Origin: Harriotta raleighana
Taxonomy: Eukaryota
Direction of reading: 5' to 3'
Length of the DNA: 64,000 nt
Assembly (NCBI GenBank): GCA_050575255.1
Contig: JBNZDD010013687.1
Location: forward strand, 1,743,487 to 1,807,486
Shown one piece after another: positions 25,301-36,405 of this stretch. Position numbers and translations under genes: made by a program. The notes under the pieces are model-generated. The model was not told the DNA's origin. It did no database searches and saw only the letters and a program-made list of their open reading frames with translations. How positions within the stretch are numbered: the stretch's first letter is position 1; the number at the start of each line of letters is the position of its first letter.

Positions 25301-26359
25301 GACACTATTATTAATTGTTGCTTCCCGTATCAAAATTTCATAAGAATCAGGCATGGATTAAAAAATACACCACTACTACTTTAATACTAACATCAAATGC
25401 GTGTTTCATGGCATTTTACCTATAGTACAATTAGTGTTCCACTCCGAACCACAAGGGAGTAAGTTTGGCTGTTGTTCAAGTTTGCAAGACTTCATTTGGG
25501 TCACTTGAAGGATGGCTCTTTTCTGTCTCCACAAAGAAGGGATGGTTGGAATAGAGGCCTGAATTTCTCAGCTTGCATTGTACCTTGTGAACATAAAGTG
25601 GCATTGGCAACGGTCGAAAACCAGATTGCTACCTGAAAGATGCTGATTTCTTAACTCGAGGAGGACATGTTATGCCACAAGATCCTCAAGGGTAGTCTGA
25701 GGTATTAAAAGAAAATCTAATTGTTGTTTATTGTCTAACTCTTACAACCACCAAAAAAGGATGGATTTCTTTACTTTTTGTTTATTTTGAAAAATAAGTA
25801 TGTATTGAGACTGACACCTTGGCTATTATAAGTTCATTGCAACTGTGCATTGTTGCCATTTTTCAACAGATAAATGCCTCTGGAAATGTCATTGCCTTTC
25901 CCCACCCCCTGTTTTGAGTTGACCTTTTGCATTTGCTGGCCTATTGTAGTGATATACTATTATTACAGTACTGTGTAGTTTGCAACTTTTTTACAGTATG
26001 AGGCTTACAGAGGAATGTTGGAACATAAACCAAGACCAATACTGAATGACATTTCTTCACTTGTTGCACCATTCCTTAAAGAACATATGTCAGTCAGCTA
26101 TCCTAATATGGATGCATATTTGTGGTTTTTGGCTGCACTCTTCTTAATAGTTATCATTATTTATCACAGCAGACACATTGGTTTGAAAATACAATGGTTA
26201 AATGATTTGTTCATTGATGTTGAATAGAAGTGTGGATTTCAAGCCTGAGGTTCACAATTATTGCGAAAGCGCTTTACATTTGGATGGGCAAGGACTTTAC
26301 ACAAAAAAGCTGAAAAAATTGCTTTTTACCAAATGTTTGTTTGGTTTTTCATTATTGGA

Positions 26360-26708
26360 GATGCCGTGCTTCAGATGAGATGTTAAACCAAGAATCTGTT
26401 TGCCTTTTCACATCCTCCCGACGTGAAAGGCACTCTATAAATGTAATTTTCTTGTTGTTGGATATAAACGATCCCATGCTCTATTCGAAAAGAAAGTTTC
26501 TCCCGATGTCCTGACTAACAAATACCCCAAATAAAATTGATCATTCACTCCATGGGTGTTTGTGGAACATTGCTATGCACAAATTGGCTGTTACATTCAC
26601 CCACAAAGTACCGTATACAGTCAATCCACTTTACAGAATATCTGTTGAAGCACTTTGAATCATCGCAGTGAGATAAAACCTATATCAAATTCCAGAATTA
26701 TTATTATT
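26360..26708 (+). mobile_element. Deu-domain SINE with a nested L2 mini-tail (about 26411-26460)
   Basis: GCCGTGCTTCAGATGAGATGTTAAACC...[CATCCTCCCGACGTGAAAGGCACTCTATAAATGTAATTTTCTTGTTGTTG]GATATAAACGATCCCATG...GTTTGTGG...(TTA)n. Confidence 0.75.
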
Positions 26709-26904
26709 TATTCAACTTTTTGATGAAAATATTTCCTTAGACTCTAAACACTAAAATCAATCAATTGCAAAGTTTTCCAACTGCACAATTCAAACTAGCT
26801 TTCTTCTCTCTTCCTTTTATCCCTTCTCAGCAATTAACACATTTTTATCAGATAGAATATTTAACTCAATCTGCAATTTCTCTAGTTCTTTTATGAGGGA
26901 AGAG

Positions 26905-26964
26905 ACGCTCTGAGACACCGTCCGGCGTGGAAGGCGCTATATAAATCCAAGTTGTTGTTGTTGA
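26905..26964 (+). mobile_element. Minimal L2-type 3' tail with (TTG)n
   Basis: GCTCTGAGACACCGTCCGGCGTGGAAGGCGCTATATAAATCCAAGTTGTTGTTG. Confidence 0.75.
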
Positions 26965-27109
26965 TGATGAATGTATTGACTGGATGCATCAATACTTTTT
27001 GTTAAGAGCCTGATCTGCATATGTAGTGCTTCTACACAAAGAAAATATCTCTAGTTTTTAGTTGTATTTATACCTTATACAGGTACTCCTCAAAATTAAA
27101 TAGCCTGCT

Positions 27110-27990
27110 CCTTTGCAATTTTAAAATCCTGGATCATGACACCATTAATTTGTTTCAAAAATGGGAACAATCTCTGTGAGCTTCTCAATATTAGTGCTTG
27201 ACGGCTCTGATGCTCTTCTCTGAAGCCTCTCTATTTGTCAATGTCGTTTTAAAAGTACACTGCCCCATTCTGCACACAATATTGCAAACATAGACTCACC
27301 AGTGATCCATATCAGGCTAGAACAACTTGTTTTGATTTGTGGTCAAATGCTTTCAAGATGCAGCCTGGTATCTGATTAACTCTGCTGATGGCATCTTCCC
27401 ATTGACTGGAAATGTTTCCTTTGCTATCACCTGAACTTAAGATATCTCTTCATTTGTGCCATTTCTTATTTCTTGCCACAAATGGATTACATTACTGTAT
27501 TTGTCTATTAAAATCCGTTTGCAACACCTTTGCCGTCTACACTTGTAATATATAGTCAGCAACTACTCCTTCATTAAACCTTCACACAATGTACACATTG
27601 ATCCACCATTTGGTTTCTATTACAAATTTTAGTATCAATTTTATGACTCTAGTCATTCAGGATAGTTGAATTTTTTTTTAAAAAAGCTCCACAAGCATCT
27701 TTTTCCTTGTGAACCTAATCTCTATTTATAACTGCCCTCTGTTTACTGTTGTCTAACCAATTTGTAATCCAATCTGTTACTTCTCTTTTAATTTCATAAG
27801 CCTTTACCTTTGCTGCAAGTGTCTTGTGAGGTACTTTATCAATCTCCTTTTAAAAGACAAGATCCATATAGCATTTACACGATTGCTAACAGCCACTAAA
27901 TTAGTCACATCATACACTTCTAAAAGAGTCCTGTAAATGTGTGAGTCATGATCCGATGTGTCTAAACCAGGCTGCCTTTCATTTATCACA
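27110..27990 (-). mobile_element. Old CR1 LINE reverse-transcriptase fragment
   Basis: Minus-strand translation gives Q.G...S...LLE.YDVT...NAI and D.VF*KEIDKVPHKTL..KVKAYEI....DWITNWL..SKQRAVIN, then LV...LQYCVQ.G. This is the CR1 RT motif order (DF.KAFDKVPH), with stops and frameshifts. Confidence 0.75.
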
Positions 27991-28254
27991 GTTTGCTCTT
28001 AATAGAAATCTTGTGATATCTGCAACTACATTTTTGTGCCATCTATACCAAATCTACCTTCAAAATATAACTATTAATTCAGATCATTGTTGTGCCTAAT
28101 AATAATACTCTTGGCACATTCAATTCCTAGGTGATTGTGAACCTGCTTATATTATTTTACAAACTTATCACCTTTAAAATAGAGGTTTGACATAACCTAA
28201 TTACTTCTCATTATCTCCAAATGGAGTGCTGGAGGGTGGTGGAGGAGGTTCGGG

Positions 28255-28590
28255 ATCGTTGGACGTGTTGGCCTTTGGATGTGATGTTAAACAAAAGTCT
28301 TGATTACCTGTTCAGTTGTTTGTTAAAGATCCTATATTGCTGAGAAAGGAGTTTATCCTACTGTCTTGGGCAACAAACCCTGATAGAATTGGTTATTCAT
28401 TTCAAAGAGGTTTGTGGGACATTTTTTGTGCAAGTAAGAATTTTAATCCTGTCTACAATTTTGCCCACAAAATGTACAGTCAATCCATGTTTCAGGGTTT
28501 TCTGTGATGCATTTTGAGATTTCTCAACAGTGTGATAAGGCGTAGTGTGTAATAAGGCTCTGTATCTAATGGAATGATGATTATTATTAC
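28255..28590 (+). mobile_element. Old Deu-domain SINE
   Basis: CTTTGGATGTGATGTTAAAC...GTTAAAGATCC...GTTTGTGGGAC...TTTGCCCACAAA...GATAAGGCG...(TTA)n. Confidence 0.65.
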
Positions 28591-29374
28591 ACTATATACC
28601 TCCCATGTTGTTAGTTCTAATTGGTGTGTTGTTCCGCACACTGAGGAGAAAGGAGGGCAGAGTATAACTGCAGGGGTTCATACCTCCCACCAAAGAGAGA
28701 AACTTCTGCAATCTGATACAATATAATGGCAATGGTGAATGACATGCGATCGAGTTAAGATAACTTTCCAGCAGACAGTCTTATCTCAAATTCTCTCTTC
28801 CGCAGTCATTTGATTGATCCTAACTTTGGTTGGGGTGGGGTAAATTGCTCTTAAGCCATGTGCTTTCATGTGTCGTACCCTGCCGAACCCAGTAAAGCAC
28901 AAAAGCACATTTTTCAAAAGACAAACTGAATTTTATTTGATAGTTAACTGTGTTGCATTTTTATGGAGAATACTGTGTTGTAAAAGTAACCCCGCACATT
29001 CTCTCATTTTCAGTACATTCTGAGACATTTGTTACAGAGCTGAGGGTCATTAATGGGTGATTAATGTTGCAGGCTGCAAGACAAAAAGGGTGCAAGCTTA
29101 GATTACTAAGTGCCTGCCCAGCAGCTGGAAAAAAAAGTTACTCATAAGTGAAACCAGCTTTCCAAAAGAAGAATTCATTGCCATGAAAACAAATTGGAAA
29201 ATCCCATAGAAGGATGAATTTCGCTGGCTGATTCATTGTTTTTGTGTTGCCAAACAATTTTTGATTTTTTTCTAATTGCATTGATATTTGTTAGTGAATT
29301 GAGGGCAATTTAAGTTTTCCAAATCCTACACTGAATGCACTTTGCAATCATACCCCAATATGGAACAAATTAAA

Positions 29375-29490
29375 TATTTGCCTACAAAATACTGTACATA
29401 GTCACTACACTTTACAGTAACCTCTGTGAAGCACTTTGAGATGTCTGGAAGACATGATAAGGCGCTATATCAAATGCAAGGATTACTAGC
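29375..29490 (+). mobile_element. SINE 3' tail
   Basis: TTTGCCTACAAA...CTGTGAAGCACTTTGAGATGTCTGGAAGACATGATAAGGCGCTATATCAAATGCAAGGATT. Confidence 0.8.
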
Positions 29491-29984
29491 ATTACTCTAT
29501 TTAGGAGCTGCTTAAGAATTACAATATATCCAAAGCTAATTTATGCTTTTATTGCTATCCCCAGTCGTGGAAAAACAGCATAATTAAAATTAAAAATAAA
29601 AGCAAAGCATCATTAAAAAGTCATCCTCCAGTGAGTAAATTTAGTTTAGCAAAGTGAGACTTTGAAATGGCTTTGATTAAAGTAAAAATTCAATGTAATC
29701 ACATCAACTGAGAAGAATCTGAAGAAGAATGAAAAAAAGTTAATGATGTATTTGCATTAGAATAAATATGTACAGTATTTACAATGCAAAATTGGGTCTC
29801 GTTTTACCAAATGTGTGATTAACAAGCTGTCAATCCTTTTGCATTTTATCCTCTGGTTATTTTTCCACTCTATTAAATGTCAACAGACAATTACTCCAGC
29901 CACCGGCTCTAAAATAGCAGCACTGCATTAATGTTCACTTTTTGGGGAGTCTTTTTTTAATGTAAAATAGCTTCCCTTTGGTAG

Positions 29985-30097
29985 AGCTGCCTACAAAATG
30001 CCCAGTCACCACACTTCACAGTAAAACTCTGCAAAGTACTTCGAAAGAGGCTTTGACAATGTGAGAAGGCACTATATCAAATGTAACAATAATAATT
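29985..30097 (+). mobile_element. SINE 3' tail
   Basis: GCCTACAAAA...CAGTCACCACACTTCACAG...GTGAGAAGGCACTATATCAAATGTAA. Confidence 0.65.
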
Positions 30098-30189
30098 GTA
30101 ACTAATTACATTAGAGCTCTCAAATTTTTGCCAATAATATTGGGGGCAAGTCATCTCAAACTTCATTTAAATAAACATAAATGCACAAT

Positions 30190-30380
30190 GCAGCAGATGC
30201 TGAAAATCTGAAACAAAAACATAAATTGCTGGGAACACTCAGCAGGTCAGGCAGCATCTATGGACAAAGAAAAGTGAGTCAACATTTCTAGGCAAGAACC
30301 CGAAACGTTGACCCACTTTCCTTCATCCATAGATGCTGCCTGACCTGCCGAGTGTTCCCAGCGATTTCTGTTTATGTTTC
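30190..30380. mobile_element. Fold-back (inverted repeat) element, probably Penelope-like terminal-repeat derived
   Basis: Arms 30210-30288 and 30302-30380 (79 bp each) are reverse complements with 9 mismatches around a 13-nt loop. The core CTCAGCAGGTCAGGCAGCATCT...CCCGAAACGTTGAC is a fold-back motif I recall as common in cartilaginous fishes. Confidence 0.75.
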
Positions 30381-33300
30381 ATTTCAATAAATATTGATGT
30401 TGGATTGAGCCACAACTACAGGTGAAGGAACCATCTCAACTTTGCCTGAGAACAGCTTACATCCCATTTGAACTGCTCTGGGATTTTATTTGTTAGAAAG
30501 GATGTGTGTGTTTTTTTTCTAAACCAGGCTTTGCAGGAACAGGTTTGATTAATTGCTTCCAGTCAGGGATTGGAACTGATATAAGTCCGATTTAATTTTA
30601 TAAGAAAACCATATCCAGTGAAAAATGTATTTGCCGTTTGTCATGTAAGGTGTATTTATAACAGGAGGGCGGTGGGGGTGGTGGGGGTCGGAGGAGTGGG
30701 GGGGGTCACACAGAGGTAAAGACAAACATTCAAACATTTTTGAACCAATGTCAGAAAAAGCTGCAGAAGTTCAATCTGAGATAATCACAAGATCTGGAAT
30801 TCACAATAACAAACTCTTAATAAATCTACCTGTCACCAGTCTTCCTCTGAGGGAGGAACAAAAGGTCACATAAATGGCTACATTCCATCATAAAAAAAAT
30901 TCAAAGTTAAAATGAGGTGCCTGGAGACTAAAAAAAGAGAGCTTTAAGCAGCTGTACTCTTTAAATTAGGTAAAAGTAATTTAGAAACTATTTGCTTTAC
31001 CTAGCTCTCACTATGCATAGATAATAATCTAAGGTGCACAAAGGAAAAAAAGATGATAAATGAAATTAATCTGATTTTAGAAGCAGCTGAAATAAAGCCT
31101 TTTTCTTTGCTTGTAAATTTTGAGAAGTACAGTACCTAGTAATAATACCAAATTGATTTCTGCCAAGAGTTATCCTTATAAGGAGCTTTACATAGGTAAT
31201 GATTTGTGTGTACCTTAACATGCCACAGCAATGTCGCAACAGCTACTAAAATATAGTGCATTTGCTGAAATTTCTGCGGAGGCAAAATTAAATAAGTTTT
31301 GGCAGCAATGTGTTTAATTCCTGAAAATGATCATATGTGCAGTGGCAAATGATGTAGATATTTTAACTATTAATGACTCAACAAACAAACATGGCTTTAC
31401 ACTACAACGAAAAGGCTTTTGACAAAGAATATCCAACTTTTATTCCTTTGCTGTTTTTTAACACTCAATGGAGGAACGATGGAGAGTCATTTATAAATGT
31501 AGCTAAAAGTTTAGAAACGCTGTCATTTGGATTTTTTGTTAAGAGTGAAACAATCTTTATTCTCTCAGTGGTTTCTTCGTGGCTAACATCTTCAATTCTT
31601 TTTTCTAATTGCAAACACCTTTGAAATCTGTAGTTGTGCTAGTTAATGGTTCTTATATTTCTTTCATTTATGCAATTGCCCCCAAAATGTGTTTCAGCAT
31701 CCAGGACAGTACTGTATTTTGACTCTCTTTCATTTCTTTTTGCTGTTGTGTGAACTGTTTTTTAAAAAAATTCAAAGTTAAAATAAGGTGCCTGGAGACT
31801 AAAAAATGTGTTGATCATTTATGCAGTGATCAACAAATTAATCCAAAACAATTAGGAGAAACTGCTCTTCCAGATTTGTATTACATTAAAATTGACCCTG
31901 GGTTCTCAGTTTTTTTTTGGGGGGGAGAAGATTTTATTACACGATTTCTGCAGGATTGTAAATGGTTATTTTTCATTGCAAAAAAAAACTTTTTAAAATG
32001 CAGTCAATTTTGTCTCGGATTACACCTAGCTACATTAACACTGCTACAGGCAAGTCTTCACTGTCACTTGGTGGTAGATGCTTTGCTCACCAAACAGTAA
32101 TTAACTTTGACAGATAATTATTATGGTTTTGATGACAAGAAGGGCCTTTCTCTTCCTGCTTTCACAACGCATGTTCCTGAAAGCTGGGAGTAGAGACGTT
32201 AATTTAAGACTTAAATCTTTTGGCTTTAAGTCTGATCCTTGTAGTTGAGTTGAAGCGGAGAGGGGATGGGGGGTGTGGGGTTGAACACAAGTCAGTTAAA
32301 ATCGCAGAAATGATCTCATATAAACAGATTGTGAACAGGAAAGACAGCCTCCAACTGTTGTCCGTTCAAAGTAAGGGAGCTGCCCTACACAGCCATGCCA
32401 GATCTCTGGCAGGAAAGGAGTGCTTTTAAAGTTAATAAACTGGAGGAGGGCTGGGTTGGGGAGGCTAGCGGTGAAGCCATATAAACTGCACAAATGAGTT
32501 CTAATTCTGTCTAATGGGCATCCTTCCAAAATACAGAGCCCTGAGTCAACCCCAGCTGCAGGCTTGGATGAGCAGCTTTTTACAATCCTCAGCTATTTAC
32601 CCCCCCTTTACCCCTCCCCACTTGATGAAAATCAGGACTATCATGTTTCTGGAGCCTGGGGTTATTATGTTATACGGGCAGGCTGAGGGCTGGCATTGCT
32701 CCAACCTACCTGCAGCTGTAGGGTCAGTTTAAGCCGCAGCAGATTCTTTCTTTTTTCGTATATAGTGGTGGGGGGGGATCTGGCTTTTGAAAATAAAAGT
32801 GCCTTGAAATTACAGGGGAGGGTTAATTCTGGGAACACTTGCTCATTTAATGCATGAACATTTTGGGGGAAACGATTGGAGAAGCCTTGGCTCCTGTATC
32901 TCGGAAAAACAGCCTGCTGAATGTGGGCATGGAGGAAGTGGGGTGGCTTCTGCCCATGGGATTACTCCTTTTTTTTCAAAGTGAAGTTGTTTGTGGGGAG
33001 GAATTAAAACAATGACTTTTTTTTCCAAAAAAAACGCACTGGAGAAAGATCTATTTTTAGTGCCTCTTACTTTCAGAATGTTATGGCACAGGCTATATTG
33101 GGGAATATATTCCATATATAGACTCACAATCTGCAAAATAGACACTGGCCAATATTTCTTTTTCTGTTTCTCCCAACTTCTGTTTCCTTTTCTTGAGTCG
33201 TCTGTCAAGAGGCCTCGTCGCTCATTAGTATTGCAGTTGTATTTTGATGGGCATGTATTTGTTATCAGTGAATCAGACCTGCCACCATTACTGTGCTCTG

Positions 33301-33577
33301 TGTCCACAGGCACACAATGAAGTCAAATCTGTCCAGTATGTCAGATTTGTCTTTTGCCCCAGCCTTGGGCTAAATATTGGGTAAAGTTTTCTGGCTCGTC
33401 TGGAAAGAGAGGAAAAAAAACTGATCATTGGGATATAGCCAATTCAAGACCCTTTAAACAGTGCAAAATGAGTTTGGTTTAAATGTTTCCAACTGTTCTC
33501 CAGTTCTTTTCAACATCTTTTTAATTTAATATTATATTCAAACTCAACAGCAGCTCCATTTACTTGCGTTTGTGATC

Positions 33578-33766
33578 CAGTTTGTTGCTCGTTGTAAGGA
33601 TTAAAGGGACATTGCTGGTCAATTGGACAGGTAGGGAATATCCATTTCTTTGTACGCCCCTATGGTGTAGTCAGTTCNCAGTTTGTTGCTCGTTGTAAGG
33701 ATTAAAGGGACATTGCTGGTCAATTGGACAGGTAGGGAATATCCATTTCTTTGTACGCCTCTATGG
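33578..33766. other. 88-bp duplication flanking a single-N gap (probable assembly or haplotype overlap)
   Basis: 33578-33665 is repeated at 33679-33766 with 1 substitution. The N is at 33678. Confidence 0.8.
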
Positions 33767-33819
33767 CCAGGGCCAGAATTTATTGCGCTGCGATTATGAT
33801 GGTGAGATGTTCTCTTTTG

Positions 33820-34190
33820 GATTCCCGATAGTGGTTAGCATAAGGACCCAGATTGAATTCCCGTGTGGGGCGAATTAGGCAACTTTCCTTACTCCTCCTG
33901 ATGTGAAAGGCGCTACACATGTGTAATTTTGCTGTTGTTGTTGCCACTCCAAACTCCTCTATTTACCTAGCAGTAAATAGGAAGCCAGTTGTTTGTCGAT
34001 TGGTGGATGCTTTCTTGGGGGTCATAATCTCTCCCAAAAAATTTGGGATATCACTCAATCCATTACTGTTTGTGTGACACTACTGTGCACAAATGGTCTC
34101 TGTGGTTTGTCCACAAATACACACTTTACAATATATTCTGCGAAGCACTTTGAGGTATGACGTGCAAGAGTTATTATGCAAACCACTATA
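33820..34190 (+). mobile_element. Old composite tRNA-headed SINE with a nested L2 mini-tail (about 33895-33943)
   Basis: An A-box (TAGTGGTTAGCA) and GGCAACTTTCCTTACTCC are followed by an inserted TGATGTGAAAGGCGCTA...(TTG)n, then TTTACCTAGCAGTAAATAGG, then the 3' body GTTTGTGTGACAC...CTGCGAAGCACTTTGAG. Confidence 0.55.
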
Positions 34191-34779
34191 GTCCTTGTCA
34201 TCACAGTGCTGTTGGTGAGGGAGTTCTAGGATTTTGACCCAGTGACAATAAAGGAGCTGTGTCATATGCCTGGGTCAGGATGATGAGTGACTTGCTGGAA
34301 AATTAATCCAACCGTAACACTGTTCTTGTTCTATTATGTGGCAGAGATTCTACTAACTCAATCTCTGTCTTTGTAGGATAAGTAAGACTAATAACTCCTA
34401 ATGTACTGAATCTTGTTCTTCATTGTTTTTTGTAATGAGTCAAAGTTCATGGAACCCAGACCTGTTAACACTAAGTACAACTCTGGAAATGGAATTTGCA
34501 GTAATATCAATTCTGGCAGTTGTCATTTTATTTGTTGCCTTCAGGAAAATAAATCTTCCAAAACATCACTTTGACAGTTCCTTTAGTCAATATCTTTAAA
34601 TCTCTTATATCTCTGCTTAGTTGTCCACCATGATATCTGTCAAGAGCTTTGAGATGGTATTTTACGTGAAAGGTGTTATGGAAATGCATGTTATTCCATT
34701 TATTCTTTATTTAAATTGCATGTTTGGCATCCATTTGAATTGGATTCAAGAGACATATAATTCTCATCTGCACAGTGCT

Positions 34780-34975
34780 AGAATTATGTGCTCAAAACTA
34801 CGGTTGAAGCAAAAGACATCAACACATTTAAGAGAAACTTGATGCATACATGAAGAAGATAGGAATAGAGGGATATTGCAGAGCCAATTAGGCAGGGTGG
34901 AGGCTTACATGGAGTTTAAACACTGGAACAGAGTAGATGGGGAAAATGGCTTGTCACTGTGTTGCAATGATCTAT
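34780..34975 (+). mobile_element. CR1 LINE 3' end
   Basis: GTTGAAGCAAAAGACATCAACACATTTAAGAGAAACTTGATGCATACATG (VEA..I.TFK..LD.YM) is followed by a CR1-type 3' UTR, GGGTGGAGGCT...AAACACTGG..AGA..AGATGGG..AATGGC..GT..CTGTG.TG. Confidence 0.7.
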
Positions 34976-35503
34976 ATAATTCTTTGTAAATGATGTAAGT
35001 ACAAGTCCCACTAATCTCACTCCGCCTTGTTTTAAAGCTTGTGAGCATTTTATTGCTATTACAAAACATCTTGGGTGTTTTTACTGGCCCTAGTTGAAAG
35101 CTATGTCGAATGGACTCCGTTAGCCCGGTTTCTTGCCTTGGATTGTTATCTTGCAAGAAAACAAGTCACTTCGGTAGAGGGGGAGTATACTGCAGTATTG
35201 GTGTGAATTTCTTATGGTGTCATTACACATTTAGTGCTTGGTTGATTTAACTCACGTGCACATTGAATTGCTCTAGAATTACAGTGTGTGATTTAGATAA
35301 CATGTTAATGATATCTATTGTGGCTGTGTTTTCTCCTTTCATTTTTTTTAGGTCTAGCTGGATACTATTGGATACATACATGCTTCAGGCATCTAAGTTG
35401 CATTTGACAGCAAGTGAAGCAGTTGGGAGTACTAGAATAAAACATCCATTGAAGAAAAATGATCACCTGTGGGAAAATTAAATGAACTATTTAATAGTAG
35501 GGC

Positions 35504-35765
35504 CAGGGCCAATCAGAGGGGAGGCCAGGAGGGCCATTTGGCATAGGCCTCAAGCTCAAAGGGGGCTTCAAATTTAGACACTTGTTAATTTTTGTTAACA
35601 TTTTTACACGTTTTTATTAGGTTCATTTAAAAAACAAAATTTTAATTATATTTTCCTAATATTATAGTTATTAAATATGGTGAGGCCATGATTTGGAACT
35701 TAACCATTTTTTTTATGGCCAGGGGCCTCAAAAGTTGAAAGTAGCTGGGCCTCTGAGAGAGCCTG
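35504..35765. mobile_element. Non-autonomous hAT-superfamily MITE (262 bp)
   Basis: A perfect 8-bp TSD (AGTAGGGC) sits at 35496-35503 and 35766-35773. The termini are CAGG...CCTG with an imperfect 16-bp TIR (12/16). GGCC-rich subterminal regions flank an AT-rich core. Confidence 0.8.
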
Positions 35766-36334
35766 AGTAGGGCTAATGTGAGGTACATATAAAACTTTTA
35801 AATTAGCTCAGTCACCATTGTGGGTAGATGGGCACAGGATAAATGCAATGGTACTTTAATTCCAGAGCTCCAATTCCTGATGTTGGTTCTTGATCTTGGA
35901 GGCTATTGGTTCTGCTTTAGGGTAAGGATTGCTTATTGTGCACTTAGGAATCATTTTTCATGATTTCTTGGGGTTTTAAACTTTTTGTTTATTTTAGCCT
36001 TTTCCAGATTTCTGACATTTGTCTTTGTGTTTATTTATGGTCAAGTCTCTGGGCTGATCCATCAGCAGTGTAAAGCAAAGTGCTTCTCCAAACTGTGTGT
36101 ATGTGTGTTGACTTGCTTTTGTTGGCTGTATGCCTTGAAATCTGCTTTATTTTTGTGCTCTTGGGTCCAGCTTTTACCAGCTATCAGCAACTTTATCTCC
36201 CAGACTTGAACTTATTGGTCAGGTATGTACTTAAGATCTTTTCTATCCACCACAGGCTGATTTGTTGCCATATCTGCATACCTACTCCATGCACCCACCC
36301 CCGTCCCCCAATCCTTCTCATTTTTGCATGAGGT

Positions 36335-36405
36335 GCTTTGCAGCACCTTGGGATGTCCTCCCGACATGAAAGGTGCTCTATTAATGTAATTTTGTTGTTG
36401 CCGTT
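36335..36405 (+). mobile_element. Minimal L2-type 3' tail
   Basis: GCAGCACCTTGGGATGTCCTCCCGACATGAAAGGTGCTCTATTAATGTAATTTTGTTGTTG. Confidence 0.75.

Noticed and set aside
25964-25985. TACAGTACTGTG matching the 5' end of miR-101-3p
   Set aside because: The remainder diverges and no complementary precursor arm is present.
32843-33320. 156-aa (-) and 109-aa (+) overlapping ORFs
   Set aside because: They show no recognisable domain or exon boundaries and contain homopolymer runs typical of non-coding DNA.
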